Source: an uncultured Atopobium sp. (lineage in GTDB: Bacteria > Actinomycetota > Coriobacteriia > Coriobacteriales > Atopobiaceae). Taken from it: a stretch of DNA of 64,000 bases. Below, piece after piece: positions 10,800 through 20,129 of the stretch. Positions within the stretch are counted from its first letter, which is position 1. Every line of letters begins with the position of its first letter. The notes beneath the pieces were generated by a model. It worked only from the letters and a program-made list of their open reading frames with translations, was not told the origin of the DNA and searched no databases. The DNA lies in NCBI GenBank assembly GCA_938015835.1, contig CALLVW010000030.1, positions 10,527 to 74,526 on the forward strand. The letters are read 5' to 3'. The position numbers and the translations under genes are program-made.

Positions 10800-11486
10800 C
10801 TAAGCCTCGTCTTCGTTTGTATCTGTGGCTTCTTCGTTGTTTTTCTCGCCCTTGCTCATACGGCCACGGATAAGGCCAACAACTGTTGGAATAATTGAAA
10901 CGGCAACAATACCCACAATCAGCAGCTCAAAGTGCTCCTGAACTACAGGAATGCCACCAAAGAAATAGCCGAGAAGTACAAACATCGTGGACCAGGTTAG
11001 ACCACCCAAGATGTTATAAATGCCAAAGTTGTGCCAGTGCATACCGCCCATACCAGCAATAAAAGGCACGAACGTGCGGATAAAGGGGAAGAAGCGACCT
11101 AAGAAAATTGCAAGATGACCGTGTTTATTCAGAAACTTCTGAGTCTTCTCAAGATGCTCTGGAGTAAGTGCCTTGACCTTTCCAGAAGCAATAATTTTTT
11201 GACCAAAGAAATGGCCAATCATGAAGTTCATCTGATCGCCAAGAATTGCGGCAGCCCACGTAATAACAAGCAGCAAAACAATATTAAAACCGCCATTGTG
11301 GGCAAAAAATCCTGCTGCAAAAAGCAGAGAATCACCTGGTAAAAACGGGAAAAAGACTACGCCGGTCTCAATAAAAACAATCAGAAAAACAAAACCGTAC
11401 GCAGCAAGAGGGCCTGTGGCAATCATTGAAGCAATAAATGCACGAGGATCTCTAAGCAGCTCAATGATGTAGTTTACAAAACCCAT
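10800..11486 (-). CDS. DedA/SNARE-associated family membrane protein
   Basis: 228 aa polytopic. DedA core motifs FLPGDSLLFAAGFFA... and GRFFPFIRTFVPFIAGMGGM. Confidence 0.8.
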   Translation of the reverse strand: MGFVNYIIELLRDPRAFIASMIATGPLAAYGFVFLIVFIETGVVFFPFLPGDSLLFAAGFFAHNGGFNIVLLLVITWAAAILGDQMNFMIGHFFGQKIIASGKVKALTPEHLEKTQKFLNKHGHLAIFLGRFFPFIRTFVPFIAGMGGMHWHNFGIYNILGGLTWSTMFVLLGYFFGGIPVVQEHFELLIVGIVAVSIIPTVVGLIRGRMSKGEKNNEEATDTNEDEA

Positions 11487-11697
11487 CGAAGTCCAATCGT
11501 CGTGACAAATGTCGCGGCAAACACACTATACGCCTAAGAAAAGCGCATTGAGTGGGAACGGATGCCCGCGAGTGACCCCTTATGGCTGCTGTCTCCCGAC
11601 CCTGACCAGGTTCGAGGTGTCACGTCATCCGCACCCGCTCAATGCGCTGTAGATACTCTACCCTATTAGAGAAATCTTTGCACAGATCGTATCGCTT

Positions 11698-12036
11698 CTA
11701 TGCATTTTTTGACGAATTTTTTTCAATTGCTTTGATGATCTTCTCGACGTTCTTTTTTCCTCTTGAGATACCTACATGCAAAATTCCAGCTATAGGAACA
11801 GATATGACGAGAAGAACAATGCCGCCCACAAGCACAGCCGTTGCCATAGAACTTGTAGAAAGACTTCCGTACACGCTGAGATATATAAGCCATGCTCCAA
11901 TTGCGATGCCAGAATAAGCGGCTCTTCTATAAACGCTTAGTGTTCCAAGAGCTTTTGTCTGCATACGAGCCTCGACAACCAAAGGGTTATCCTCGTGTGA
12001 ATGAGAAGCTGCTCCTACATAGTTTTTCTTGCTCAT
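11698..12036 (-). CDS. hypothetical small membrane protein (2 predicted TM helices)
   Basis: Track ORF 11698..12048. The internal ATG at 12036 (MSKKNYV...) has a GAGAG RBS. No recognisable domain. Confidence 0.4.
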   Translation of the reverse strand: MSKKNYVGAASHSHEDNPLVVEARMQTKALGTLSVYRRAAYSGIAIGAWLIYLSVYGSLSTSSMATAVLVGGIVLLVISVPIAGILHVGISRGKKNVEKIIKAIEKNSSKNA

Positions 12037-12052
12037 AAAAACTCTCAATCAA

Positions 12053-12082
12053 AAGTGGCATCGCCGTATGACGATGCCACTT
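12053..12082 (-). terminator. hairpin terminator at the end of the PTS operon
   Basis: AAGTGGCATCG-loop-CGATGCCACTT 11-bp stem with a modest T-run on the minus strand. Confidence 0.5.
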
Positions 12083-12128
12083 TATTACGTTTGTCTTTTC
12101 TGCGCCAGACAGGATTTTGCGCAAAAAA

Positions 12129-12947
12129 TTAGTAAGACAGACCTGGGTTGAAGACGCCAATAACAACGCCAACAAGTGCTACAACAACAAGAATAAGCAT
12201 AACAACTGTTGGGCTGAGCTTCTTCTTAGTCATCAACCACCAGCAAAGGTATACAAACAGAAGGTTCAATACCTTAGGGAAGATGCCATTAAGTGTTGTC
12301 TGAATGTCAACACCAGCAATATTCAGAGAAGTTGTGACGTTAATCCATGTAGCAGCAACAGAGCCAATGACCATAGTACCAATCATAACAATGGAGCTAC
12401 GGAGAGCCTCGGACTCAGGACCAACAAGTGCCTCAACAGCAGAAGAGCCCAGGCTATAGCCCTGGTCGTAAGCAAACTTCATGCCGAAGTACATAATGAG
12501 GTTCCAGACCACAACATAGAACAGTGGGCCAAGAACGGAGCCGCCCTTAGAAAGGCCAAGTGCAATTCCAAGAAGAATTGGAATAAAAGTACCAACAATA
12601 ATGGAGTCACCAAGACCAGCAAGAGGGCCCATAAGACCAGCGCGAAGACCATTGATGGTCTCGTCGTCGATTGCCTCGCCGTTTGCACGAGCCTCTTCAA
12701 GAGAAGCGGTCAAGCCAACAACCATAGAACCAATCTGTGGCTCGGTATTAAAGAAGGTTGTATAGGTAGAAAGTGCCTCAACCTTTTGGTCATCAGTATC
12801 GTAAAGCTCGTCAACGATTGGAAGCATGGATGCAAGGTAACCAAATGTCTGCATGTGCTCCTGAGAGAAGCAGGTAAGATTGCCGTAAATCCAGCTCAAG
12901 AAAGACTTATTGCGTGCTTTCTGAGAAATGGTTTTCTTTTCAGCCAT
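12129..12947 (-). CDS. PTS mannose/fructose/sorbose family IID component
   Basis: 272 aa. Starts AEKKTISQKARNKSFLSWIYGN... and has the hydrophobic core typical of EIID-Man. Confidence 0.85.
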   Translation of the reverse strand: MAEKKTISQKARNKSFLSWIYGNLTCFSQEHMQTFGYLASMLPIVDELYDTDDQKVEALSTYTTFFNTEPQIGSMVVGLTASLEEARANGEAIDDETINGLRAGLMGPLAGLGDSIIVGTFIPILLGIALGLSKGGSVLGPLFYVVVWNLIMYFGMKFAYDQGYSLGSSAVEALVGPESEALRSSIVMIGTMVIGSVAATWINVTTSLNIAGVDIQTTLNGIFPKVLNLLFVYLCWWLMTKKKLSPTVVMLILVVVALVGVVIGVFNPGLSY

Positions 12948-12949
12948 GA

Positions 12950-13816
12950 TTAAATATCCTCCTCTTCTTCATCGTCTGCGCTTACATTGCCTGATGCTGC
13001 AGCAGCCAAACGAACATTCTTTGCCTGCTGAAGCTGATAGTTAAGAACAGCAAAGAAGACTGCTACGACTGCAGAGACAATGAGGTTCAGGCCAAGTGCG
13101 CCAGCAAGGATAAAGCCAAAGGCAAAAGTTACCCAATCAAGAGGCTTGGTAATAACCTGCTTGCACAAAATTGCAACACCAACGGTAGGAAGAAGGGTAC
13201 CAACGGTGAAAAGGGTCATCATTGGGATACCGTTCATAGGGAGGTATTCCTTCATGATGCCAACCATGCTCTCGCCAGCCATGCAAATGAAGAATGTTGG
13301 AATGAACGAGAAAATAATGTGAGAAACCCAAGGGAATACAAAGTCAACCATTGGAATGGTCTTCTTAATACGACCCCACTCTTTGCTCTCCATTGCGCGC
13401 CAACCAATACCCTGCCATACAAGGTTCATGGTAGCAGTGCCGTAGAACAGAACAGTACCAAGAGTACCAACAGCTGCACCAATAGCAGCTGCCTGAGATG
13501 CAGCCTCAACAGAGCTTGGATCAAGACCATAAGCCTTGATTGCAAGAATTGCTAGAGGAATACCAATGTAGGAAACTGCACGAACGTCAGCGGAAACAGT
13601 TCCACCAGGTGTTACGAGTGCAATGTAGACCAACTGGATTGCTGCACCAACAATAATGCCAGTCTGGACGTCGCCAAGAATGACACCTACGACAAGACCT
13701 GCAACAAGTGGACGACCGAGGGTATAGTTACCTACGGTAGTACCAGCCATGCCAGGTAGTGACGCAAGGCATGCAAACAAACCCAAAAGGGCAGCTTGAA
13801 ACGCATTAATTGCCAT
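12950..13816 (-). CDS. PTS mannose family IIC component
   Basis: 288-aa polytopic protein adjacent to IID. MAINAFQAALLGLFACL... with an acidic tail. Confidence 0.85.
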   Translation of the reverse strand: MAINAFQAALLGLFACLASLPGMAGTTVGNYTLGRPLVAGLVVGVILGDVQTGIIVGAAIQLVYIALVTPGGTVSADVRAVSYIGIPLAILAIKAYGLDPSSVEAASQAAAIGAAVGTLGTVLFYGTATMNLVWQGIGWRAMESKEWGRIKKTIPMVDFVFPWVSHIIFSFIPTFFICMAGESMVGIMKEYLPMNGIPMMTLFTVGTLLPTVGVAILCKQVITKPLDWVTFAFGFILAGALGLNLIVSAVVAVFFAVLNYQLQQAKNVRLAAAASGNVSADDEEEEDI

Positions 13817-13835
13817 AAAAATCGCCTTCCGAATA

Positions 13836-14330
13836 CTACTTTACGTCAAACTTCTCGCGGAATTTAGGCCACTCACCAATTGCCTTTTCTTTAAGAAGAG
13901 CAAATTGAACGGTATAACCAGCTTTGGTTATATCCTCAAATGCCTGTCCCTCTTCTTGAGTAAAGGACTGGTTGTTGCCCAGCTTTACCGCACCAGGACG
14001 ATCATTACCAGGACCGATAATGACAGTGTTAATTCCTGGCTTAAAACCAAAGTCAACAAGAATTTTCTTCATGTCAACTGGGTTTTTAGTAATAAGAAAA
14101 TAACGAGAATCGCTGTCTAGAACCTTCTGAGCGCTCTCTTTGAAGTGATCAAATGTCCAAACAAATACTTTCTTGTCAGGTGCTGCTGACTTGTAAGCAG
14201 ACTTAAGGACAGGATTTGATGCAGCCGCATCATTAACTGCAATGATTCCGTCACAAGGAACCTCAAGGGCCCAACGAGTGACTGTCTGACCATGAATCAT
14301 GCGGTCATCAACACGAACAAATGAAATCAT
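13836..14330 (-). CDS. PTS mannose family IIB component
   Basis: MISFVRVDDRMIHGQTV carries the EIIB-Man phospho-His motif. The ATG at 14330 has an AGGAG RBS. Confidence 0.8.
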   Translation of the reverse strand: MISFVRVDDRMIHGQTVTRWALEVPCDGIIAVNDAAASNPVLKSAYKSAAPDKKVFVWTFDHFKESAQKVLDSDSRYFLITKNPVDMKKILVDFGFKPGINTVIIGPGNDRPGAVKLGNNQSFTQEEGQAFEDITKAGYTVQFALLKEKAIGEWPKFREKFDVK

Positions 14331-14384
14331 GTTTTCTCCTAACATATTTCTTACGCAAGCAGCTACGCGTACTTGCAGTAATTA

Positions 14385-14816
14385 CTAAAGGTCTTCCTCG
14401 TCATCGTCTTCAAGAGCTAGGACAATCTGATTAACGCCATTTTTGCCTTCGTTCAGGACTGATGACACAAGAGCTTCACCACTTAGACCATCGTCGATTG
14501 CCATCAAAGCACCGATTGCCATGGGAAGATTGGCGCCACTAAAAGCCACGGTATGAGAAAGCAGGCCTTTTTTGGCGAGAAGATCAAGCGCATTAGTAAG
14601 TGGAGATCCACCGATAATGTCACCAAGAACAACAACCTCGTCATCAGCAGTAAGTGGCTCAAGAATTTTTGACAAATTCTCTCTATATTCAGCTGCTCCC
14701 ACGCCATCTTCCATGCTGTAGCTCAAGATATTTTCTCTGGGCCCCATCAGCATGTCCATTACGCTATGCAAACCTGGTGCAAACGTTCCATGACTTACGA
14801 GCAAAAGGTACTTCAT
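14385..14816 (-). CDS. PTS mannose family IIA component
   Basis: MKYLLLVSHGTFAPG... is the EIIA-Man fold N-terminus with the active His. First gene of a IIA-IIB-IIC-IID operon. Confidence 0.8.
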   Translation of the reverse strand: MKYLLLVSHGTFAPGLHSVMDMLMGPRENILSYSMEDGVGAAEYRENLSKILEPLTADDEVVVLGDIIGGSPLTNALDLLAKKGLLSHTVAFSGANLPMAIGALMAIDDGLSGEALVSSVLNEGKNGVNQIVLALEDDDEEDL

Positions 14817-15168
14817 TACCGCTCCATTCCTGACAACACCTCTATATCTGTACTACGCCAATACAAAATTTTTAGCCTGTTATGTAAATCATTTATCCTT
14901 TAAAAACTACAATCCAGACTAGGCGTCACATGAGTAGCCGTTATAACACAAAGTCGTACGGAGACTGCTGGTATTCTAAAATTTTTAATAGTTTCGATGT
15001 ATTATTTTTTTAAATTTTATTCAAATTGTTTGATTAATCAGCTGAATAAGTGTTCTACCAGATAAACTATATATGCATATATTCTTCGCATATATGAATA
15101 TATAAATAGGAGTATTACAAATATTATATAAAGAAATGTCCGTCCAACGCTCCTCGAAATACATTTCT

Positions 15169-15206
15169 AAAAAATAAAAAAGAAGGCCATACAAGATGAC
15201 CTTCTT
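15169..15206 (-). terminator. intrinsic terminator of pgi
   Basis: GAAGGCCAT-ACAAG-ATGACCTTC hairpin followed on the minus strand by TTTTTTATTTTTT. Confidence 0.7.
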
Positions 15207-15244
15207 AACATGAGATAAAAAATAATTTTATGTTATGTAACGTG

Positions 15245-16951
15245 TTATGTTCTGTTTCTGCGGTAGAAATCAACAAGGGACTGAGTTGAAGCGTCTTGTT
15301 TTGCTAGTTCTTCGTCGTTATGAATTGCAGGGAAAATCTGTTTTGCAAGCTGCTTGCCAAGCTCAACACCCCACTGATCATACGAATCAATGCCCCACAC
15401 TACGCCCTCAACAAAGGTAATGTGCTCATAGAGCGCAATAAGCGTTCCAACGGCACGTGGGTTAAGCTCTTTGCCAAAGATAGAGGTAGTTGGCCTGTTT
15501 CCTTCAAAGACGCGTGCAGGAACCATCCATTCTGGAGTTCCCTCAGCGCGGACTTCATCAGCAGTCTTACCAAAAGCAAGCGCTTTAGTCTGCGCAAAGA
15601 AATTGGAGAGGAAGAGTTCATGGACGTCTAGGTCTGCATCTTTGGTGGCAAAGGCAGTATTTACAAACGCAATAAAGTCAGCGGGAATGATCTGGGTTCC
15701 CTGGTGAATAAGCTGGTAGAAAGCATGCTGACCGTTGGTACCAGCCTCTCCCCAGAAAATCTCACCTGTGTTAGATGTAACCGCAGTGCCATCCCAGCGC
15801 GTAGACTTGCCGTTGGACTCCATGGTAAGCTGCTGGAGATACGCAGGGAATCTATGCAGGTACTGGCTGTATGGAAGTACCGCATGAGATGCCGCTCCAA
15901 AGAAATTAACGTACCAAACATTTAAGAGACCCATAAGAGCAACAACATTTTGCCTCAGAGGAGTGGCCTTGAAGTATTCATCAACTGCGTTAAAGCCGCT
16001 CAGGAACTCTGCAAAACGCTGTGGACCAAAAACAATTGCCAGTACCAGACCAACCGCAGAATCAACCGAATAACGGCCGCCAACCCAGTTCCAGAAACCA
16101 AAGGCATTCTCTGGGTCAATACCAAAGTCTTCTACCAGATCAAGTGCAGTGGAGACAGCAACAAAATGCTTACGAATAGCTTCTGCGTTCTGACCGTCTG
16201 AACCATCAATAACGCCCTGTTCAGCAAGCTTTTCCAAAAGCCATGTGCGAGCACAACGAGCATTAGTAAGAGTCTCAAGCGTAGTAAAGGTCTTGGAAAC
16301 AATAACGAAGAGTGTTGTTTCTGGATCAAGATCCTCGGTTTTCTCGCCAAGGTCAACAGGGTCAATGTTGGAGACAAAGCGAGCAGTAATACCTGCGTCT
16401 GCAAAAGGCTTCAAAGCCTCGTAAACCATAACAGGGCCAAGGTCAGAACCACCAATGCCAATGCTTACTACCGTTTTGATGGGCTTACCAGAAACACCCT
16501 TCCACTCTCCCGAGCGAACTCGATCGCAGAAGGCATACATCTTGTTCAGCGTCTGGTGAACGTCAGCGACAACGTCTTGTCCGTCAACAATAAGCGTGCC
16601 GGCCTCAGAAGCCGGGCGACGAAGTGCCGTGTGGAGAACCGCTCGATTCTCAGTAGTATTAATATGCTCGCCGGCATACATAGCGTCTCTACGCTCTTCA
16701 AGTTTGACCTCTTCTGCAAGATCACACAGAAGGTCAAGCGTCTCTTGCGTGGCAAGGTTTTTAGAAAGATCAATCAAGAACTGATCAAGCTCAAACGTAA
16801 AATTCTGGACACGCTGAGGGTCTTCTGCAAACCAGTTCTTCAACGTAGCTTTTGTATCTTTTAAGCTGGCGTAATGCTCTGCAAGTGCGCGCCAAGCTTT
16901 AGTCTGTGTTGCGTCAGTAGGCAAAATATGTGGTGCTGTAGGTGATGCCAT
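15245..16951 (-). CDS. pgi: glucose-6-phosphate isomerase
   Basis: 568 aa with PGI family conservation throughout ([11 protein letters not shown], sugar isomerase domains). Confidence 0.9.
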   Translation of the reverse strand: MASPTAPHILPTDATQTKAWRALAEHYASLKDTKATLKNWFAEDPQRVQNFTFELDQFLIDLSKNLATQETLDLLCDLAEEVKLEERRDAMYAGEHINTTENRAVLHTALRRPASEAGTLIVDGQDVVADVHQTLNKMYAFCDRVRSGEWKGVSGKPIKTVVSIGIGGSDLGPVMVYEALKPFADAGITARFVSNIDPVDLGEKTEDLDPETTLFVIVSKTFTTLETLTNARCARTWLLEKLAEQGVIDGSDGQNAEAIRKHFVAVSTALDLVEDFGIDPENAFGFWNWVGGRYSVDSAVGLVLAIVFGPQRFAEFLSGFNAVDEYFKATPLRQNVVALMGLLNVWYVNFFGAASHAVLPYSQYLHRFPAYLQQLTMESNGKSTRWDGTAVTSNTGEIFWGEAGTNGQHAFYQLIHQGTQIIPADFIAFVNTAFATKDADLDVHELFLSNFFAQTKALAFGKTADEVRAEGTPEWMVPARVFEGNRPTTSIFGKELNPRAVGTLIALYEHITFVEGVVWGIDSYDQWGVELGKQLAKQIFPAIHNDEELAKQDASTQSLVDFYRRNRT

Positions 16952-17047
16952 ACCAGTCTCCTTCTTTTGACTATCTCAAGGATAATCTTCGCAACGCTCA
17001 TGAAACGTCACAATGTCGTTTTTCGTAAAAAATACGACAAATCGTTA

Positions 17048-17575
17048 CTAATAAGGCTCTCCCAAAGGTGGGACTTGTTTAATAGCCGCCCAGCGTAACT
17101 GCTTCTGATGAGGATCATCAAGCGCTCCGGCAAAGTTATCAAGATTTACCATGCGCATTCCACACACATGCACAAGAACACGGGGCGAGAAGGTCTTCTC
17201 GGCGTCAGTTGTATGCTGACCAAGCTCATCTGCGTATGCCTCACGCACTGATGTAACTGCTGCGTCATTTACCATGAGCACCGTATCTGGACTAAAAGCA
17301 CTTATTGCCTGTCTGACAAGCTGGGGATTTATAGGATCTCCTGTTTTTGTGGTGGTAAGCAAGGTGGCCCATGCCTCAGGAGCATAGCCTAAATGCTCTA
17401 AAGAAGCTTTAAGTGCAGAAAGTTCTGCCTCTTCAAAGTCTTCTTGTCCCTTTACCAACAAAATTGATGCAAAAGCATTGCCTGCCATACACACCCCCTG
17501 AGCAGCAAAATCTCCAAACTCATGCGTTGTTTTTGCCATGTAAGCTTCTTTTCGCATAGATCTTTCGCTTGGCAT
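17048..17575 (-). CDS. hypothetical protein (possible distant uracil-DNA-glycosylase-like fold; uncertain)
   Basis: The track ORF starts at TTG 17599. The ATG at 17575 has an AAGAAAGAGG RBS. No confident family assignment. Confidence 0.45.
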   Translation of the reverse strand: MPSERSMRKEAYMAKTTHEFGDFAAQGVCMAGNAFASILLVKGQEDFEEAELSALKASLEHLGYAPEAWATLLTTTKTGDPINPQLVRQAISAFSPDTVLMVNDAAVTSVREAYADELGQHTTDAEKTFSPRVLVHVCGMRMVNLDNFAGALDDPHQKQLRWAAIKQVPPLGEPY

Positions 17576-17727
17576 GCGCACCTCTTTCTTATATGCCAAC
17601 TATGCACGTAATTCACAATTTGAGCAAGTCCATAAAGTTTTGTGTATACACTTCTCTAATTTGGGGATAAGTTTGCTAGCAATAAAAAGTTAATGGCTTT
17701 ATAGCCCTATGTAACTGGAGGTTCGTT

Positions 17728-18045
17728 ATGGCACAGCAGCTCACTACTGCAGAGTTTGATTCTGTTCTTGCTAACGCAGACAAGCCTGTCCTCGTTGATT
17801 TCTGGGCATCCTGGTGTGGTCCTTGCCGCGCTCTTGGCCCAGTCGTTGAGGAAGTTGGCCATGAGATGGCAGACAAGCTTGACGTCTACAAGGTAAATGT
17901 TGACGACGAGGCTGATCTTGCAACTCGTTTCCGCATCGTTTCTATCCCAACCCTCATCCTCTTCAAGAACGGTGAGCCAGTTCACACCATGGTTGGCAAT
18001 CTTCCTAAGGCTGACCTCGTTTCTGAGCTTAACGCTAACCTGTAA
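17728..18045 (+). CDS. trxA: thioredoxin
   Basis: 105 aa with WASWCGPC active site. Confidence 0.9.
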   Translation: MAQQLTTAEFDSVLANADKPVLVDFWASWCGPCRALGPVVEEVGHEMADKLDVYKVNVDDEADLATRFRIVSIPTLILFKNGEPVHTMVGNLPKADLVSELNANL

Positions 18046-18138
18046 GTTCTTGTGTGTCACGCGCTTGCGCTGGCTTATCATTGAACTAAGCGGCGGTACG
18101 TCTATCGGCGTGCCGCCTTTTTGTTACAAGGAGAACTA

Positions 18139-18855
18139 ATGGCCGGTAAAAGCCTTGATGCTCAAAAGACAGGACTTTTAACAGGAGTTCGCAAGCGCCT
18201 TTTTCTACAGCGTCTGCGTTCTAGCCTTTCTACCATCATTCTGCTTGTCTCATCAGCAATTTTTATTTTTCTGTTGATTGACGTTTCTGAAGGCGACGTC
18301 ATTGGCATTGATCACTTTGCGTACAGGCTTTTTGTTGTCCACCTCAGAACTCCCCTCCTCACAGAGATAATGGAAGGGTTCTCTGGACTTGCAAGCCCCG
18401 TCACCGTTATTGTCATGCTTATTGTGGTTGCTGCTTTTGCACCAGGGCCAAGTGTCGGCAGGCTTGCCTTTATTAATCTGGGTGGCGTTGTTGTTGTAGA
18501 CCTTATCTTTAAGGCGATTGTCCAACGTCCACGCCCGGATGGCTTTAGACTGGTTGTTGAAACTGGCTACAGCTTCCCGTCGGGCCACTCGATGTTCTCG
18601 ATGGCTTTTTATGGCCTGCTTATTTGGCTTGTCTGGCATTACGAGAAAGACAAGCTACAACGTTGGCTTTGGTGTGGCCTGTTCTCTGGCGTCATCATTA
18701 TGATTGGCATCAGTAGAATTTATCTGGGCGTCCACTATGCTACCGACGTCATTGGTGGTTTCTCGCTCGCTCTTGTATGGCTAGTGCTTTTTACCAAGCT
18801 GATGATTCCATCGCTTATTTACAAGAAGAAAGTACCTCAAGCGAAGACAGACTAA
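18139..18855 (+). CDS. PAP2 superfamily phosphatase (membrane)
   Basis: PAP2 motifs KxxxxxxRP (KAIVQRPRP), PSGH (SFPSGHS) and SRxxxxxHxxxD (SRIYLGVHYATD). The ATG at 18139 has an AAGGAG RBS. Confidence 0.8.
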   Translation: MAGKSLDAQKTGLLTGVRKRLFLQRLRSSLSTIILLVSSAIFIFLLIDVSEGDVIGIDHFAYRLFVVHLRTPLLTEIMEGFSGLASPVTVIVMLIVVAAFAPGPSVGRLAFINLGGVVVVDLIFKAIVQRPRPDGFRLVVETGYSFPSGHSMFSMAFYGLLIWLVWHYEKDKLQRWLWCGLFSGVIIMIGISRIYLGVHYATDVIGGFSLALVWLVLFTKLMIPSLIYKKKVPQAKTD

Positions 18856-19312
18856 TAATCTCTGCGCTGACTACCTGGGCTGTTTCTTCATCAACAATAA
18901 TGCGTCCCATAGTTGCGCCCTCGCGACCACGCGGGTAGGTAGGGCTTCCTGGATTCATTACCAGCGTATTGGTCCACTCGTCACGCTGTACAAAAGGCTT
19001 ATGCGTGTGACCGCAGATAGCAATATTGCATTTGACCAGGTCAAGCCTCTCGCGATAATGACATACCTGCCACTTGAGACCAGCTGCAAAGAAAATAATC
19101 TTTTTCTTTACCATGGGACCATAGTTGTAGCAGAAGTCATTATTGCCCAGACAAAGCTTAACGGGAGCAATCTTCTGCAGTGTCTGATAATCGGCGTTAG
19201 AGGTAATATCTCCTGCATGCACAATGTAGTTGGCACCTTGCAGAGCTTCAAGCAACTCAGATGACAAATACCCATGCGTATCTGAAATTACGTCAAACCT
19301 TACCAGTGCCAT
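18815..19312 (-). CDS. metallophosphoesterase (YfcE/MJ0936 family)
   Basis: DxH motif (ISDTHG), GDITS motif (HAGDI) and GNND motif (LGNNDF), with GHTH (ICGHTHKP). Confidence 0.8.
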   Translation of the reverse strand: MALVRFDVISDTHGYLSSELLEALQGANYIVHAGDITSNADYQTLQKIAPVKLCLGNNDFCYNYGPMVKKKIIFFAAGLKWQVCHYRERLDLVKCNIAICGHTHKPFVQRDEWTNTLVMNPGSPTYPRGREGATMGRIIVDEETAQVVSAEIISLSSLEVLSSCK

Positions 19313-19363
19313 ACCAAACTCCTACGTGCGCTTTTAGTTGCTGGCGAGAAACCCTTTGAGCTT

Positions 19364-20077
19364 CTACAGTCCCAGTGCTCGCTTGAGTGCAACCACACGA
19401 CGGCGAGAAACCGAAATGTGACGCTCCTCAAATCCCTGAATAGTCAACTGTAGGATACCAGCAGAGATAACCTCAACATCGTCAACATACTCAAGATTCA
19501 CGATAAAGCTACGATGAATGCGGAAGAATCCGTGTGGAGCAAGGCGCTCTTCAAGTTTTTGCAGAGAAATAGTAGACAAGAAGCGATCGTCTTCTGTGTA
19601 GATGCAGGAGTAATCGTCTTTTGCCTCAATAAAGCGAATCTGATCAATAGGAACAAGAACTTTGCTTCCGCTCTTAATGACAGGAATTCTCTCAATGGTT
19701 GCCATAGGAGACTGAGGGCGCAGGCGCTCCTCTACCTTATCAAGAGCCTGCTCAAGGCGCTCGGTCTCAACGGGCTTCATCAGATAATCTACCGCATTAA
19801 CGCCAAATGCATCCAGCGCGTACTCGCTATATGCGGTGACAAACACAATCTGGGGAGGATTCTTCAGCTTGTGAAGAGCCTCTGCAAGCTGCATTCCATT
19901 TGTCTTAGGCATAGAGATATCAAGGAACAAGACCTCAACGCGAGACTCCATGAGTTTCTCGACAGCATCCCTTGCACTTGTGGCCTCAATGATTTCCTCG
20001 AGACGTCCGGTCTCCTCAAGCAAGAACTTGAGTTCAGAACGGGCTGGAGCCTCGTCATCAACAATCATGGCGCGCAT
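19364..20077 (-). CDS. LytTR-family two-component response regulator
   Basis: N-terminal receiver (MRAMIVDDE...LDISMP) plus C-terminal LytTR DNA-binding domain. The ATG at 20077 has a GGGAG RBS. Confidence 0.85.
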   Translation of the reverse strand: MRAMIVDDEAPARSELKFLLEETGRLEEIIEATSARDAVEKLMESRVEVLFLDISMPKTNGMQLAEALHKLKNPPQIVFVTAYSEYALDAFGVNAVDYLMKPVETERLEQALDKVEERLRPQSPMATIERIPVIKSGSKVLVPIDQIRFIEAKDDYSCIYTEDDRFLSTISLQKLEERLAPHGFFRIHRSFIVNLEYVDDVEVISAGILQLTIQGFEERHISVSRRRVVALKRALGL

Positions 20078-20129
20078 GTCATTCACTCCCAACGGCCTAA
20101 CGCAGCGTTAAGCAAAAACCGATACTATT

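Noticed and set aside
18815-18855. 41-bp overlap between the convergent PAP2 phosphatase and metallophosphoesterase genes, a possible frameshift or pseudogene
   Set aside because: Both ORFs retain all their family motifs to the end. Convergent 3' overlaps of this size occur naturally. There is no evidence of disruption.
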